Virus record (IMG/VR): IMGVR_UViG_3300037067_023527
Location: 1-64,000 of that record
Length of the DNA stretch: 64,000 nt
Strand: one strand, 5' to 3'
Source of the DNA: a virus
Taxonomy: Duplodnaviria; Caudoviricetes
The translations under genes and the position numbers were made by a program. The notes under the pieces were generated by a model. The model was not told the origin of the DNA. It worked only from the letters and a program-made list of their open reading frames with translations, and did no database searches. Position 1 is the first letter of the stretch; each line of letters begins with the position of its first letter. Below are positions 1 to 10,219 of the stretch, one piece after another.

Positions 1-2
1 GG

Positions 3-308
3 TTGAGAGATTTGGTTAGCCATTTAAACTCGCTGGTGGGTCGCTTCCCAGTGGAAGCCTGGAAGGAGATTATTCATAGGGCTCGCCGCTGTCATCCGGA
101 TCATAGGGTTTTTATGAGTCCGTACTTCTTCTCAAAAGACTTGGGTCACATAGATCAGGTTTTGAATGGATTGTACGATAAATCGTTTGAAAGGAAAAAA
201 CATGGAATCGCTGAACGGCCTGGTAAAGGAAACGCTGAAGAATTTGGAGTCACGAGCGATGCAGTTGCAAGGGTCTTTAAGTTCGGAAAGCTCGGAAAGT
301 CCTCCTAA
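3..308 (+). CDS. C-terminal part of a phage replication initiator/replisome organiser (5'-truncated)
   Basis: Open from the window edge; 'VLNGLYD' resembles the C-terminal (I/V)L(E/N)GxYD motif of phage initiators; lies directly before the DnaC-like and DnaB genes. Confidence 0.5.
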   Translation: MRDLVSHLNSLVGRFPVEAWKEIIHRARRCHPDHRVFMSPYFFSKDLGHIDQVLNGLYDKSFERKKHGIAERPGKGNAEEFGVTSDAVARVFKFGKLGKSS

Positions 309-1005
309 ATGCGCGCTCTGCAATGACCATGGAACGATTCCAGTCGAGCCCAAGGAACCATTGCCCCCGGGAACCTCCGTACCGGTACGCATCTGCACCT
401 GCCAGTTGGAAATCAAACGGAGGATAAAAATAGAAAAGTTTGTTCCGGTTCAATGGCAGGGATTAAAGGCCGCTGATCTAAAACCATGGTCCGAAATCGA
501 AGAGGTATTCCCTTTGGACCAACAGCGGACGGTAATTGAGGCAATCCAGAAAGATCCCTTAGGAGGACATTCCCTATTTGGCCCGTCTGGGACCGGAAAA
601 AGCAGAATCCTTTACTGTCTTCTTCAAGAAGCTATATTGGCTGGAAGAGATGTATTTTTCTCAAAAATGCCAAAACTTGTCCGATCGATTAGGGATTACG
701 AGTTCAAAAGACTCCCCCAGGAAAAATGGGATGAAATAATTGAGGCGGAAGATTTGCATGATCGCAAAAAGGGCAATCCCCTCCACATTTTCATAGACGA
801 GGTCGACAAGATCAATCTCGTCGACGAACCATATCTGAAGATATTCGAACTATTTGACTTTATTTACGAGCACAAGGAATCCGCTGTGGTATCGGTGTGC
901 TCAAATTTAACCATGGGAGATTTTGTGAATATTTTCGGAGAGGGATTAGCCCGAAGAATCATGGTTGTTTCCGATCACGTAACGGTAATTGGAGGGCAAA
1001 GATAA
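202..1005 (+). CDS. DnaC/IstB-like AAA+ helicase loader
   Basis: CxxC...CxC Zn module, Walker A GPSGTGKS, Walker B FIDEVD; AAGGA SD before ATG 202; stop overlaps the dnaB start. Confidence 0.85.
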   Translation: MESLNGLVKETLKNLESRAMQLQGSLSSESSESPPKCALCNDHGTIPVEPKEPLPPGTSVPVRICTCQLEIKRRIKIEKFVPVQWQGLKAADLKPWSEIEEVFPLDQQRTVIEAIQKDPLGGHSLFGPSGTGKSRILYCLLQEAILAGRDVFFSKMPKLVRSIRDYEFKRLPQEKWDEIIEAEDLHDRKKGNPLHIFIDEVDKINLVDEPYLKIFELFDFIYEHKESAVVSVCSNLTMGDFVNIFGEGLARRIMVVSDHVTVIGGQR

Positions 1006-2339
1006 TGGATCTTTCCCTTGAAAAAACCCTGCCGTCAAACCTGGAGGCGGAGCGCCTGCTCATCGGCGCCATACTGATGGATAACGCCGTTCCTACGGAT
1101 GTGAAAGTATCGGATCTGTACCTTGACCAACACCGCAGAATCTTAGAAAGCATGATTTCCCTGTCCGAGAGCAATGAACCCATAAACGTATTATCCGTAA
1201 AGAATGCGCTGCAAAATAAAAACCAGCTTGAGGCAATTGGCGGAGCCGCCTACTTGGCATCCTTGACTGACGGATTGCCGAATTTGGAGTTGGCGCCGCA
1301 ATATATTCGGATTATCCGGAGGGATTCGGCTTTGCGCCGGCTGATTCAGATGGGCAATGAAACAATGGCGCGCGGGTATGGAGCTGAAGAAGAACCCCAG
1401 GATATTATTAATTCTGTTTTGGATGCCTGCGATGAAGCCAGCGGGATCTGCGACAGTGAAAAGGGGCTGAGGCCAATATCAGATTACATTGGTCCGGTTT
1501 TCCAGAATATAGAAGCCCGCGCCAACAACCAGGTGAGCGATGCCTATTCGACCGGGTTTGTCGACCTAGACAAAATGCTTTCTGGCGGGGTTAGACGCAC
1601 GGATCAATTTGTTCTTGCTGCCAGGCCAGGGAATGGGAAGACCGCATTGGCAATGAACATGGCTATAAATCTTGGAATTAAAGGGATTGATACCGCGGTT
1701 TTTAGTCTGGAAATGGGAGCGCATCAGATCATAGAGCGCATGATCTCCCAGATCGGCCGGATTGATTACCAAAGAATGAGAAGCGGTTTTCTCAATAGGG
1801 AGGACTGGCGCAAGATTTCTACGGCAGCCGGAGAGCTTTCCGAACTGCCTATTTATATCGACGATTCCACAGGCGTGACGGTTGCTGACATTAGATCGCG
1901 CATCCGTAAGCTTCGGCCGAAATCAGGAGGTAAGATTCAGGTCAATATTATCGATTACCTCCAGCTTATAAACCCTCCCGAAAGACTGCGTAGAAATGCA
2001 GACGATAATTCCGTTACCTCAGCTATCAGTAAGGCTCTTAAGGCATTAGCTAAAAATCTTGATGTTGCCCAGATTGTTATTTCCCAGCTCTCTCGCGCAT
2101 CAGAAAAGAGGACCGACCGGCGCCCACAGCTATCTGATCTTCGCAATTCAGGGCAGATTGAGCAGGATGCGGATGTTGTAGTGTTCATCCAGCGTCAGGA
2201 GATGGGCGATCCGACAGAGGAAAATGCCGGCTTGGCGGATCTGATTATTGCCAAACAGAGGAACGGGCCCACAGGGGAAATACGTCTCGCCTTCAGCAAA
2301 GAATACATGCGCTTCGATAGTCTATATAGTGAGGGTTAG
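1005..2339 (+). CDS. dnaB: Replicative DNA helicase DnaB
   Basis: LPSNLEAE N-terminus, ARPGNGKT Walker A, FSLEM, IIDYLQL, SQLSR, SDLRNSGQIEQDAD, KQRNGPTG. Confidence 0.97.
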   Translation: MDLSLEKTLPSNLEAERLLIGAILMDNAVPTDVKVSDLYLDQHRRILESMISLSESNEPINVLSVKNALQNKNQLEAIGGAAYLASLTDGLPNLELAPQYIRIIRRDSALRRLIQMGNETMARGYGAEEEPQDIINSVLDACDEASGICDSEKGLRPISDYIGPVFQNIEARANNQVSDAYSTGFVDLDKMLSGGVRRTDQFVLAARPGNGKTALAMNMAINLGIKGIDTAVFSLEMGAHQIIERMISQIGRIDYQRMRSGFLNREDWRKISTAAGELSELPIYIDDSTGVTVADIRSRIRKLRPKSGGKIQVNIIDYLQLINPPERLRRNADDNSVTSAISKALKALAKNLDVAQIVISQLSRASEKRTDRRPQLSDLRNSGQIEQDADVVVFIQRQEMGDPTEENAGLADLIIAKQRNGPTGEIRLAFSKEYMRFDSLYSEG

Positions 2340-2341
2340 AA

Positions 2342-2719
2342 ATGGCCAGAAAAACGCTTTATCCAACCGAGCATCAGGAGCAATCGGCGGTTTTTGATTG
2401 GATTGGAACAGCAAAAAATCGAGTTCCAGAACTTGATTTGATGTTTGCCATTCCAAACCAAAGCCAGGGCAACGTGCAGCGCGGGAAATATTACAAGGCA
2501 GAAGGTCAGAAGAAGGGAGTTTCTGATCTGTTCCTGCCAGTGGCCCGGCGTGGATATCATGGAATGTTCATCGAAATGAAACGCATGGATGGGAAGCCCA
2601 CTCCAGAACAGGAAATGTGGAAAGCCAGAATGTCAGAGCAGGGATATTATGCTGTCATCTGTTGGGGGGCTAATCAGGCAATCCAGAAAACATCATATTA
2701 TGTCGGACTGACCTCGTGA
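2342..2719 (+). CDS. VRR-NUC domain nuclease
   Basis: EHQEQ, AIPN, GVSDL, FIEMK, Q..W PD-(D/E)xK pattern. Confidence 0.85.
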   Translation: MARKTLYPTEHQEQSAVFDWIGTAKNRVPELDLMFAIPNQSQGNVQRGKYYKAEGQKKGVSDLFLPVARRGYHGMFIEMKRMDGKPTPEQEMWKARMSEQGYYAVICWGANQAIQKTSYYVGLTS

Positions 2720-2952
2720 GGTTTGCCAAATAAGTGGAGTTTAGACGTGGATTCTCCAGTTCCAAGCGGTCAAAAACGAAAAGACGATGGATCATACGTC
2801 CCGGGGAGATCGACGCTTCCTGGACCGTTTAACGTGGAGGTAGGCCAAAACCTGCCAGCTGGAATGATTATTGTCATGTCATTGCGTTTTATTCCAGGAG
2901 TGGGCTGGAGAAATGTCGTGGTGGAGACCATCCACAACATCGGAGAAAAAAA

Positions 2953-3519
2953 GTGATAAATCATATTCAACAGCCTGAAGGAAGCAATTTGTGTGGGCAG
3001 TGTTGCGTTGCCATGCTGGCTGGAATCAGTCTGGAAAAATCAATCGAGTTGGTTGGCAAACGCGGTTCCACGCGCCCCAAGGACCTAGCTCGGGCCTTAA
3101 CGAAACTCGGATTTGAATGCGACGGCTATCGAGTGAGGATTAGAGGGCATTGGGCAAGCGAACATAGAAGGAATTATCACCTTCAATTATCTGATATTGC
3201 GATCTTAACCGTGCAAATTCCAGGGAAAAAGATGTGGCACTGGGTCTTATATGCTGGTGGTAATTTCTATGATCCCTCTTTCCGCACCCCATTTTGGGGA
3301 CGCCCGGCACATATTAACGTAAGTTCATTCATTCCAATTAAAAGGAAATCGGAGTCAAAAACGTCCAAATGCGATGACCCAGATTCGGGATTTTATGGGC
3401 AAGAGTGCGCTTGCGCTGAGTGCTTTCCTATTGGGTTTTGCGTAGATGATCCTTGCGGCATATCGTGTGATGGCCCAGTGAAAGAAAGATGCTCGCCACC
3501 AGAAGAAGATGATGATTAA
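2953..3519 (+). CDS. Peptidase C39-like (papain-fold) protein with Cys-rich tail
   Basis: Q..CGQCCVAM, HWVL, YDP pattern. Confidence 0.6.
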   Translation: MINHIQQPEGSNLCGQCCVAMLAGISLEKSIELVGKRGSTRPKDLARALTKLGFECDGYRVRIRGHWASEHRRNYHLQLSDIAILTVQIPGKKMWHWVLYAGGNFYDPSFRTPFWGRPAHINVSSFIPIKRKSESKTSKCDDPDSGFYGQECACAECFPIGFCVDDPCGISCDGPVKERCSPPEEDDD

Positions 3520-3737
3520 CGTAAAGTCAATAATAGACAGATTTAGCATTGGTCCTGGAGAATCTGTAAAGGTTAGGTGGACTCGCGACACCGGGGAATT
3601 GCTTTATCCAAACTCCGACAGGACTAGGTATCGGGACGATTACGCTATTTTAATGCGATCACAGGACGAGAAGGACGGGCTTCATATTTTCGTGAGGAAA
3701 GGAAGCAAAGTAAAAGTTCATAATTTGAGGAGTAAGA

Positions 3738-4709
3738 ATGCTGATCAGAGCTGATGCCAGGAATATACCGCTGAAAGATAAATCGGTTGACTGTGTCGTT
3801 ACCAGCCCTCCTTATTGGGGTCTTAGGCGATATCCTGATTCTCTCCAGATTGGACTTGAAAAAACTTACAAGGAATATGTTGCTGCCATCCTCGAGGTCG
3901 GCAAAGAAGTGTACCGGGTACTGCGGGACCAGGGTACATTTTGGCTAAACCTTGGCGATTCCTATGCAACTGGAGCCGGAAAGGTTTCACAATGCCCCGG
4001 CGGTGGATGGCAGGGAGATAAGTTTAAACAGTATTTCGGGGAATCGACTCCTGGAAGCCAGCTGGCTATGATTGGTCTCACGCAACCGAATAGGATGCCT
4101 CAACCCGGATTGAAGCCAAAAGACATGTGCGGGATCCCGTGGAGGGTAGCTTTTGGCCTTCAGGACGCGGGATGGTTTCTACGATCGGAAATCATATGGG
4201 CGAAGCCGAATCCCACCCCGGAAAGCGTTAGAGACCGGCCGTCTCGAGCTCATGAGCAGATCTTTCTGCTCACAAAAAAGCGGAAATATTACTACGACGC
4301 AGACGCGATCTCGGTTCTGTCGACTCCAGGCGGTTGGCACGGAAACGATTTCCGGCGCCGGAGATATAAAGAGATTCACCCATACGGCGGAGAAGGGGAG
4401 CGCAATACCGAGTCTCAGAGAAGAAATATGAGAGACGTTTGGACCGTGCCCACCAATGGGACAAGTTCTCCGCATTTCGCTACCTTCCCGAGAAAACTCA
4501 TTGAGCCATGCATACTCGCCGGCTGTCCTGAAGGCGGAATTGTGCTCGATCCATTTTGTGGCTCTGGAACCGTAATAGCTGCCTGCAGGGATCTAGGGAG
4601 GATAGGGATTGGAATTGATCTTTCCTGGCAGGATTTAGCCGCTGAGAAGATTGGCGGAAAATTATTCGCCTCCGTTATAAACGCAGGTTTTGCGGGAGAT
4701 AAATTATGA
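3738..4709 (+). CDS. DNA amino-methyltransferase (N4-C/N6-A, beta class)
   Basis: TSPPY catalytic motif, IIWAKPN, HFATFP, DPFCGSGT SAM-binding motif. Confidence 0.93.
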   Translation: MLIRADARNIPLKDKSVDCVVTSPPYWGLRRYPDSLQIGLEKTYKEYVAAILEVGKEVYRVLRDQGTFWLNLGDSYATGAGKVSQCPGGGWQGDKFKQYFGESTPGSQLAMIGLTQPNRMPQPGLKPKDMCGIPWRVAFGLQDAGWFLRSEIIWAKPNPTPESVRDRPSRAHEQIFLLTKKRKYYYDADAISVLSTPGGWHGNDFRRRRYKEIHPYGGEGERNTESQRRNMRDVWTVPTNGTSSPHFATFPRKLIEPCILAGCPEGGIVLDPFCGSGTVIAACRDLGRIGIGIDLSWQDLAAEKIGGKLFASVINAGFAGDKL

Positions 4710-5587
4710 CGTGGAGTCATACCGGACTGATTGAAGACTTGGCTGGGCACTTGAAGGCTCCCAATACGCTGGTGTGGACCGATATGCAACTCGGGCCTTC
4801 CGGAAGCCCGCGGCCGGATGTTTATCGCATGAATAAGAGTTTCGCGCATCCTCACCCGCTGGCCTATGAGTGCAAGGTAAGCCGATCAGACTTTTTGTCT
4901 GACGTAACTTCCGGGAAGTGGTCGAGCTATCTCAAATATGCCTATGGGGTCATATTCGCTGTGCCGGCTGGGCTGGTAAGTGCGAAGGAAATCCCGGACA
5001 AATGCGGTCTGCTCTTTCGGCATGAGGCTATTTGGCGCGCTGCGAAGCGGCCGATAATAGAACCTCACCCGATACCGGAGGAAGCCTGGATAAAACTTTT
5101 GATTGATGGGGTTGAACGTGAAGGTCCCATAAACCGGCGCCGGCATTGGAACGACTGGGCCAGCTCGGAGAAGTTCGCCAAGAAGTTTGGCGCGGAGGCC
5201 GCCCGGTGGATTCATGATGCCTGTACGCTACAGGCAAAGGTTAAGAATACTGAGGAAGTCTGCCAGGTGATGTACCAGAAAGCCCGGGAACAGGTCGAAA
5301 GGATCCGCGATGAAGCCACCAAGGAAATGCCTCAGATGTGGGATGATCTCATCGAAATCCTCGGTCTTGCGGCCGGAGCCAACAAGTATCAGATCCAGTC
5401 GGCCGTTGCAGACGTCCGGAGGGCAAAGAAAAATACAAAGCAGGCATCGGCTCTTCGTCTTCTGGGTGACATTTCTCATCAAATTGACAATTTACGGGGT
5501 TATCTCCAACCAGATCCTGAATCTGATAGCGGGGAAGAAGAAGTGTTACCTATGCGGGCGCCGGGCAATGACGTGGAGAGTGTATAA
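4706..5587 (+). CDS. MmcB-like PD-(D/E)xK nuclease
   Basis: RPDV...YECKVSRSDFLSD...KW..Y. Confidence 0.75.
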   Translation: MTWSHTGLIEDLAGHLKAPNTLVWTDMQLGPSGSPRPDVYRMNKSFAHPHPLAYECKVSRSDFLSDVTSGKWSSYLKYAYGVIFAVPAGLVSAKEIPDKCGLLFRHEAIWRAAKRPIIEPHPIPEEAWIKLLIDGVEREGPINRRRHWNDWASSEKFAKKFGAEAARWIHDACTLQAKVKNTEEVCQVMYQKAREQVERIRDEATKEMPQMWDDLIEILGLAAGANKYQIQSAVADVRRAKKNTKQASALRLLGDISHQIDNLRGYLQPDPESDSGEEEVLPMRAPGNDVESV

Positions 5588-5698
5588 ATCCCCAATATTC
5601 CCAGTCTGTTTTGATTGCCATTACGACATAAGCCGGGCTGATGCGATGAAAAACACAAGATATAGTGGAGAAAAATGAACATGCCACGACAAAAAGTA

Positions 5699-5726
5699 TT
5701 GACAGTGTTTTAAAAGTCTATACTAT
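5699..5726 (+). promoter_or_regulatory. Sigma70-like promoter upstream of the glycosylation cluster
   Basis: A-tract then TTGACA-N16-TACTAT; the same AAAAAGTATTGACAGT context occurs at 46350. Confidence 0.5.
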
Positions 5727-6141
5727 TGGTCGCGGGTCACAATTCGGAGTTGGTTGTCCTGCCAAACCGAACTTGCTGAATCCAGTTCTTGCTCAAGCAT
5801 CAATTGTTCGTCTCTCGGCCAGGGGCCCGGTTCACCGACCGGGCCCCAAATATCGGGGGGGCCATGGAGAGCCGGTCCAAACAAAAGATCATTGATCTGA
5901 AATACCGCGGCTTTATCTGCAGGATCAGGAAAAGAGTTATTCCCGGAATTTCTGTTTTTTGCGCTCATCCTGACGGCAATGTTCGCTCCGGTCCCGATAG
6001 TCCTGGACTTCCATTCCTCAATTCGACAATTTCCATGAAGCATTTGCAACAGTTGATCGATCTCGTTCTCGAACTTCCCAGCGAGCAACAGAATAAAAAT
6101 GATTTTGAATGGGCTGAATATCTTAAGTCGAAGGGCGCCTT

Positions 6142-6813
6142 TTGATGGATTCTTGCAGCATCATAATTGCCACATATGGTGATAATCGCTGGAAAAAGCT
6201 GGCTGAGGAGCGGGCTTATCCATCCGTTAAGGGTCAAAAGGCCAATGAGATTATCATCAGCCATGAACCTCTCGGCACAGCAGCCAGTTGTAAAAACAAC
6301 GCCATTCGAGAAGCCAAAAGTAAATGGATTGCCATTTGCGATGCCGATGATGAGCTCGAGGATGGCTATGTCGAGTCAGCTCTTCAATCCCCTGGCGATT
6401 TGAGATACCCCCGAGTCAGATATATTCCCCCAGATTTTTCTGATCCGCTCAAAGATGGAGAACTTACCACTTTGACGCGCCGGCATCTTCTTATGGGAAA
6501 TTACATGGTGATCGGAACTCTGTTTGAAAAAGAGAGATTCCTGCAGGTTGGCGGATTCAGCGAGTTCGAATCCTGGGAGGATTGGTATCTTTTTATGCAA
6601 CTCAATTACCTGGGCGCCGTACCGGTACTGTGCGAGCAATCCGTCTACCGGGTTTATCGTCATCCCGTGAGTCGCGTAACAGTGCCCAACCCAACGAAAT
6701 TGTTTCTTTCCATGCGTGATTGCTTCCGCCAATGGGCCCTGAAATTCAACAACGGGGTCACAACCGATGAATCTTATTACAGGTTCATTCACCCCAGTAT
6801 GGAGACATTATGA
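6142..6813 (+). CDS. Glycosyltransferase family 2
   Basis: SIIIATY, CDADD DxD motif, VGGF..EDW. Confidence 0.88.
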   Translation: MMDSCSIIIATYGDNRWKKLAEERAYPSVKGQKANEIIISHEPLGTAASCKNNAIREAKSKWIAICDADDELEDGYVESALQSPGDLRYPRVRYIPPDFSDPLKDGELTTLTRRHLLMGNYMVIGTLFEKERFLQVGGFSEFESWEDWYLFMQLNYLGAVPVLCEQSVYRVYRHPVSRVTVPNPTKLFLSMRDCFRQWALKFNNGVTTDESYYRFIHPSMETL

Positions 6814-7784
6814 TTTTCGACGGCAAAAGAATATTGATCACCGGCGGGACAGGATCTCTTGGCAGCATGGTGTTGACCACGATATTGTCGGGCGTGGAGG
6901 GACGGCCGGCGCGCATCAGGATTTTTTCCCGGGACGAATCAAAGCAATTCTTCATGCAGAAGGAATATGCCAAATCTCCCGTTCTGATTGAGTATAAAAT
7001 TGGCGATGTGCGGTGCTATCAAAGTGTGCTTTCTGCGGTTGCAGGAATGGACATTGTTATCAATGCTGCAGCTCTCAAGCATGTGCCGGCCTGTGAAAAT
7101 GATCCCTGGGAGGCCGTTCGGACAAATATCGAGGGTCCGGAAAATATTATTCGAGCAGTCAAAGCCTGCGGAACAGTAGAAAAGGTTCTGGGGATTTCCA
7201 CCGATAAGGCATGCGCTCCCACATGTGTTATGGGAATGACCAAAGCCATTCAGGAACGCCTCTTTATTCAAGCCAACAACAATTGTGACGCTCAGTTCAG
7301 CATGATTCGATTTGGCAACATGCTCGAATCCCGCGGCTCCGTGGTGCCTATTTTTCGGCAACAGATTGCCAAGGGCGGTCCTGTTACGGTGACGCATCGG
7401 AACATGACCAGGTTCTTTGTCACGCTGAAATCCGCTTCCGAGCATTTGATAATGGCTCTCAAACACAATAAACGAGGGCAGATTTACATTCCTCGCATGA
7501 GATCCGCCTATATTGACACTCTGGCCACAGTTCTGATCCACGGAGACAGAAAGATTGACAAGGTTTATACGGGAATCCGGCCCGGGGAAAAACTTGAGGA
7601 CATAATTATTTCCGAGAACGAGAGCCCATACGTCCAATCTGGTGAGAATTGCTTTTTTCTGAATCCGGCTATTCATGGCTATCCAGCTCCCGATTTGAGC
7701 GTAATCCCATGGAAGTATGGCTCTGCAGATCAGGCGAGTCTGATGAACGAAGATGAGTTGTGTCAATTGATAAGGAGCAATTGA
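6810..7784 (+). CDS. UDP-GlcNAc 4,6-dehydratase/epimerase (CapD/FlaA1/PseB-like)
   Basis: ITGGTGSLG, FSRDE, AAALKHV, STDKA, RFGN..SRGSV, MTRFF, GIRPGEKL. Confidence 0.93.
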   Translation: MIFDGKRILITGGTGSLGSMVLTTILSGVEGRPARIRIFSRDESKQFFMQKEYAKSPVLIEYKIGDVRCYQSVLSAVAGMDIVINAAALKHVPACENDPWEAVRTNIEGPENIIRAVKACGTVEKVLGISTDKACAPTCVMGMTKAIQERLFIQANNNCDAQFSMIRFGNMLESRGSVVPIFRQQIAKGGPVTVTHRNMTRFFVTLKSASEHLIMALKHNKRGQIYIPRMRSAYIDTLATVLIHGDRKIDKVYTGIRPGEKLEDIIISENESPYVQSGENCFFLNPAIHGYPAPDLSVIPWKYGSADQASLMNEDELCQLIRSN

Positions 7785-7787
7785 CCA

Positions 7788-8435
7788 ATGGATGACATTG
7801 TTCTTATTGTGTTCACTAACGGCAGATTGAAACTCCTGCGAGAAACAATCGACTCCGCAGAGATGAATCTCCAGTGTCGCTTTTCCGCGAAGTGGATCGT
7901 CAATGATTGCCCGGAGGTTTTCGTCGACCTGAAAAGCTGGTATTGCTCCAGGGGATTCGAGATCTACAGCAATCCAGTAAAAAGCGGATATTGCCATTCT
8001 ATTCAAATGGCTTGGGATGCCCTGAGAAGCCGGTATGACTTCATTTTCCATCTTGAGGATGACTTCATTTTTAATGAACCCATACCGGTGATGGATATGA
8101 TCCGAGTTTTGAAGCACGATTCTGGGATCGCCCAAATGGCTCTCGTTCGCCAGCCCGTAAACAGTATTGAATTGGCCGCCGGCAGCATCCTTAAAGCCAC
8201 CATAGAGAGATACACGCCAAAAAAATGGGATGGATTCCAGTGGCTGGAATCAAACTTTTGTTTTACCAACAACCCTTGTATTTATCCTGATTTAATCTCC
8301 CGCTATCCCTATCCTATTCGCAAAACCTGGCCGTGGGGAGAAGGGGAATTTAGCCAATTTCTTTGTGCTCATGGATATAGATTTGGATATTGGGGGACCA
8401 TGGATCAGTCTCCCAAAGTGACGCATATCGGATAG
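7788..8435 (+). CDS. Glycosyltransferase (GT-A fold)
   Basis: IVND, FHLEDDF, C-terminal HIG; cluster context. Confidence 0.75.
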   Translation: MDDIVLIVFTNGRLKLLRETIDSAEMNLQCRFSAKWIVNDCPEVFVDLKSWYCSRGFEIYSNPVKSGYCHSIQMAWDALRSRYDFIFHLEDDFIFNEPIPVMDMIRVLKHDSGIAQMALVRQPVNSIELAAGSILKATIERYTPKKWDGFQWLESNFCFTNNPCIYPDLISRYPYPIRKTWPWGEGEFSQFLCAHGYRFGYWGTMDQSPKVTHIG

Positions 8436-8442
8436 GGGAACA

Positions 8443-9132
8443 ATGGATCTTTGTCTCGCAGTGCTGGTTTTATCCAAACGCCCCGGAATGTATTCAAATA
8501 TTATTGAGAACATTCGCCGGCAGATTAGGAAGCCAGATATTGTCGTGTTGGCTGTCAGCAATTCTCCGGATTATGTACGATGGATGGAAGCCGATCTGGA
8601 GTCCACGGAAATCGCTAAAACTCATTTAATATGTCCTAGCGACAATCTGAATTATTCCAAATTAAACAATGAAGCTATAGATTTTACCCAGCAGAAGATG
8701 ATTGCCCCGGGTCTGATTTATAAAATGGACGATGATGATTGGTACGGTCCAGGATATCTCTTCCAAATGGAAGGGGCTTTTCTTGATAAACCTGAAGCGG
8801 CTATCGTTGGGATCAAGGACGTCAATACCCGATGGCTCTATGGCAATTTCAAAAAGGGCGTAGAAATGGCCAAAATAGTCACCGAAAAACCCTTTGTAGC
8901 CGATATTGTTTGTGGGCCAACGATCTGCATAAATCTAGAATTATGGCGCAAATGGCCCTTGTTTAGATACAATCCGGAGTGCACACCGGATTACAACGCA
9001 GATAATGATTTTTTCAAATCTCTGGGGCGTTATGCGGGAGCGATTTATAGCGTAGATTCGAGAGAGTTCTTCTACCAGAGATATCCACCGGAACACGGTC
9101 ACGGGTGGAATCAACCAGATCCAAAGGAGTAA
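8443..9132 (+). CDS. Glycosyltransferase-like protein (GT-A)
   Basis: SKRP, KMDDDDWYGPGYL motif. Confidence 0.7.
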   Translation: MDLCLAVLVLSKRPGMYSNIIENIRRQIRKPDIVVLAVSNSPDYVRWMEADLESTEIAKTHLICPSDNLNYSKLNNEAIDFTQQKMIAPGLIYKMDDDDWYGPGYLFQMEGAFLDKPEAAIVGIKDVNTRWLYGNFKKGVEMAKIVTEKPFVADIVCGPTICINLELWRKWPLFRYNPECTPDYNADNDFFKSLGRYAGAIYSVDSREFFYQRYPPEHGHGWNQPDPKE

Positions 9133-9142
9133 GGAGATCGGA

Positions 9143-10219
9143 ATGACAGAATCAATGATTGGGAAATGGGACAGCTACTACAAAGATTGGCCAAAAGGAC
9201 AGGTAGGGATGTATGGCCAGGGAACGACTCTTGAACTCTCATATGATTGGCTGAAGGATTGTCCCAAAATAGAGGACTGGGGCGCCGGACGCGGATACTT
9301 CATTTCGATGTGCAAGCCGGGCCAGGGGCGCGGACTTGATTGTAGCTGCACTCCATGGGCAGAGGAACAAGTGGATTTTGTGTCCTATACCTCTCAGGTC
9401 GCGGGAATAAATATGAGAGGGGTCCTGGAACACAATTATGAATGGGAAAAGGTTCTTCGCAATGCTCTGAAAAGCTTCACGCAGCGGATGAGCCTGGTGC
9501 TGTTCACGCCCTTCGCCGAAAAGCAGTACGACGCTTGGCCCGATCCGACCGGCGTCCCCTGTTGGTCGTTCGCCCAATCGCAGATTGAAGATGTCCTGCG
9601 GGATGCCGGAGTCAAATGGCATCTTCAGAAAAATATTCCTGTCAAAGGAATGTTTCCGGTAGAGCATGTTTTTTATATTTGGCGGGAAGGATGCGAACCA
9701 ATTGTACCGGGTATGGAACTGGAACGCTCTGCCAGTGTTGATCTTGAGGAACTTTTCTGGCTGTATACAAATGCGCGCATCATGAATAGCGTTACCGAAC
9801 TCGGGTCATTTATCGGCCGGAGCACGACCGCGCTGCTTTCCGCCTGCAAAGGCCCCGTGTATGCCGTCGATCGCTGGCCAGGTACCGAAGCGCATGAAAA
9901 ATTCATGCGAAACTGCGGGGAATTCAAGAACCTCAGAGATATTTGGGAGTTCTCGGCGCGAGCGATCAGCAAAGTGCCAGACACCGATATGGTATTTGTG
10001 GACGCTGACCATCGTTATCAATTTGCGCTGGAAGACATGCGATTGTGGGAACCCAAGGCTCGGGTCCTAATCTGTGGCCACGATTACGGCCGCGATGAGG
10101 GAACGGATCCCAATGATCCCTATGGGAACGAAGTGCGCCGGGCGGTGGATGACTATTTTGGCAAAGGCAATTATGAGGTTTTTAACAGTATTTGGTATAA
10201 GTGGAAGGTGTCCAAATGA
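9143..10219 (+). CDS. Tandem two-domain SAM-dependent methyltransferase
   Basis: DWGAGRG...VLEH domain followed by ELGSFIGRST...FVDADH...GHDY (Methyltransf_24-like) domain. Confidence 0.8.
   Translation: MTESMIGKWDSYYKDWPKGQVGMYGQGTTLELSYDWLKDCPKIEDWGAGRGYFISMCKPGQGRGLDCSCTPWAEEQVDFVSYTSQVAGINMRGVLEHNYEWEKVLRNALKSFTQRMSLVLFTPFAEKQYDAWPDPTGVPCWSFAQSQIEDVLRDAGVKWHLQKNIPVKGMFPVEHVFYIWREGCEPIVPGMELERSASVDLEELFWLYTNARIMNSVTELGSFIGRSTTALLSACKGPVYAVDRWPGTEAHEKFMRNCGEFKNLRDIWEFSARAISKVPDTDMVFVDADHRYQFALEDMRLWEPKARVLICGHDYGRDEGTDPNDPYGNEVRRAVDDYFGKGNYEVFNSIWYKWKVSK

Noticed and set aside
6939-8135. 398-aa minus-strand ORF
   Set aside because: Antisense shadow of well-supported dehydratase and glycosyltransferase genes; no motifs.
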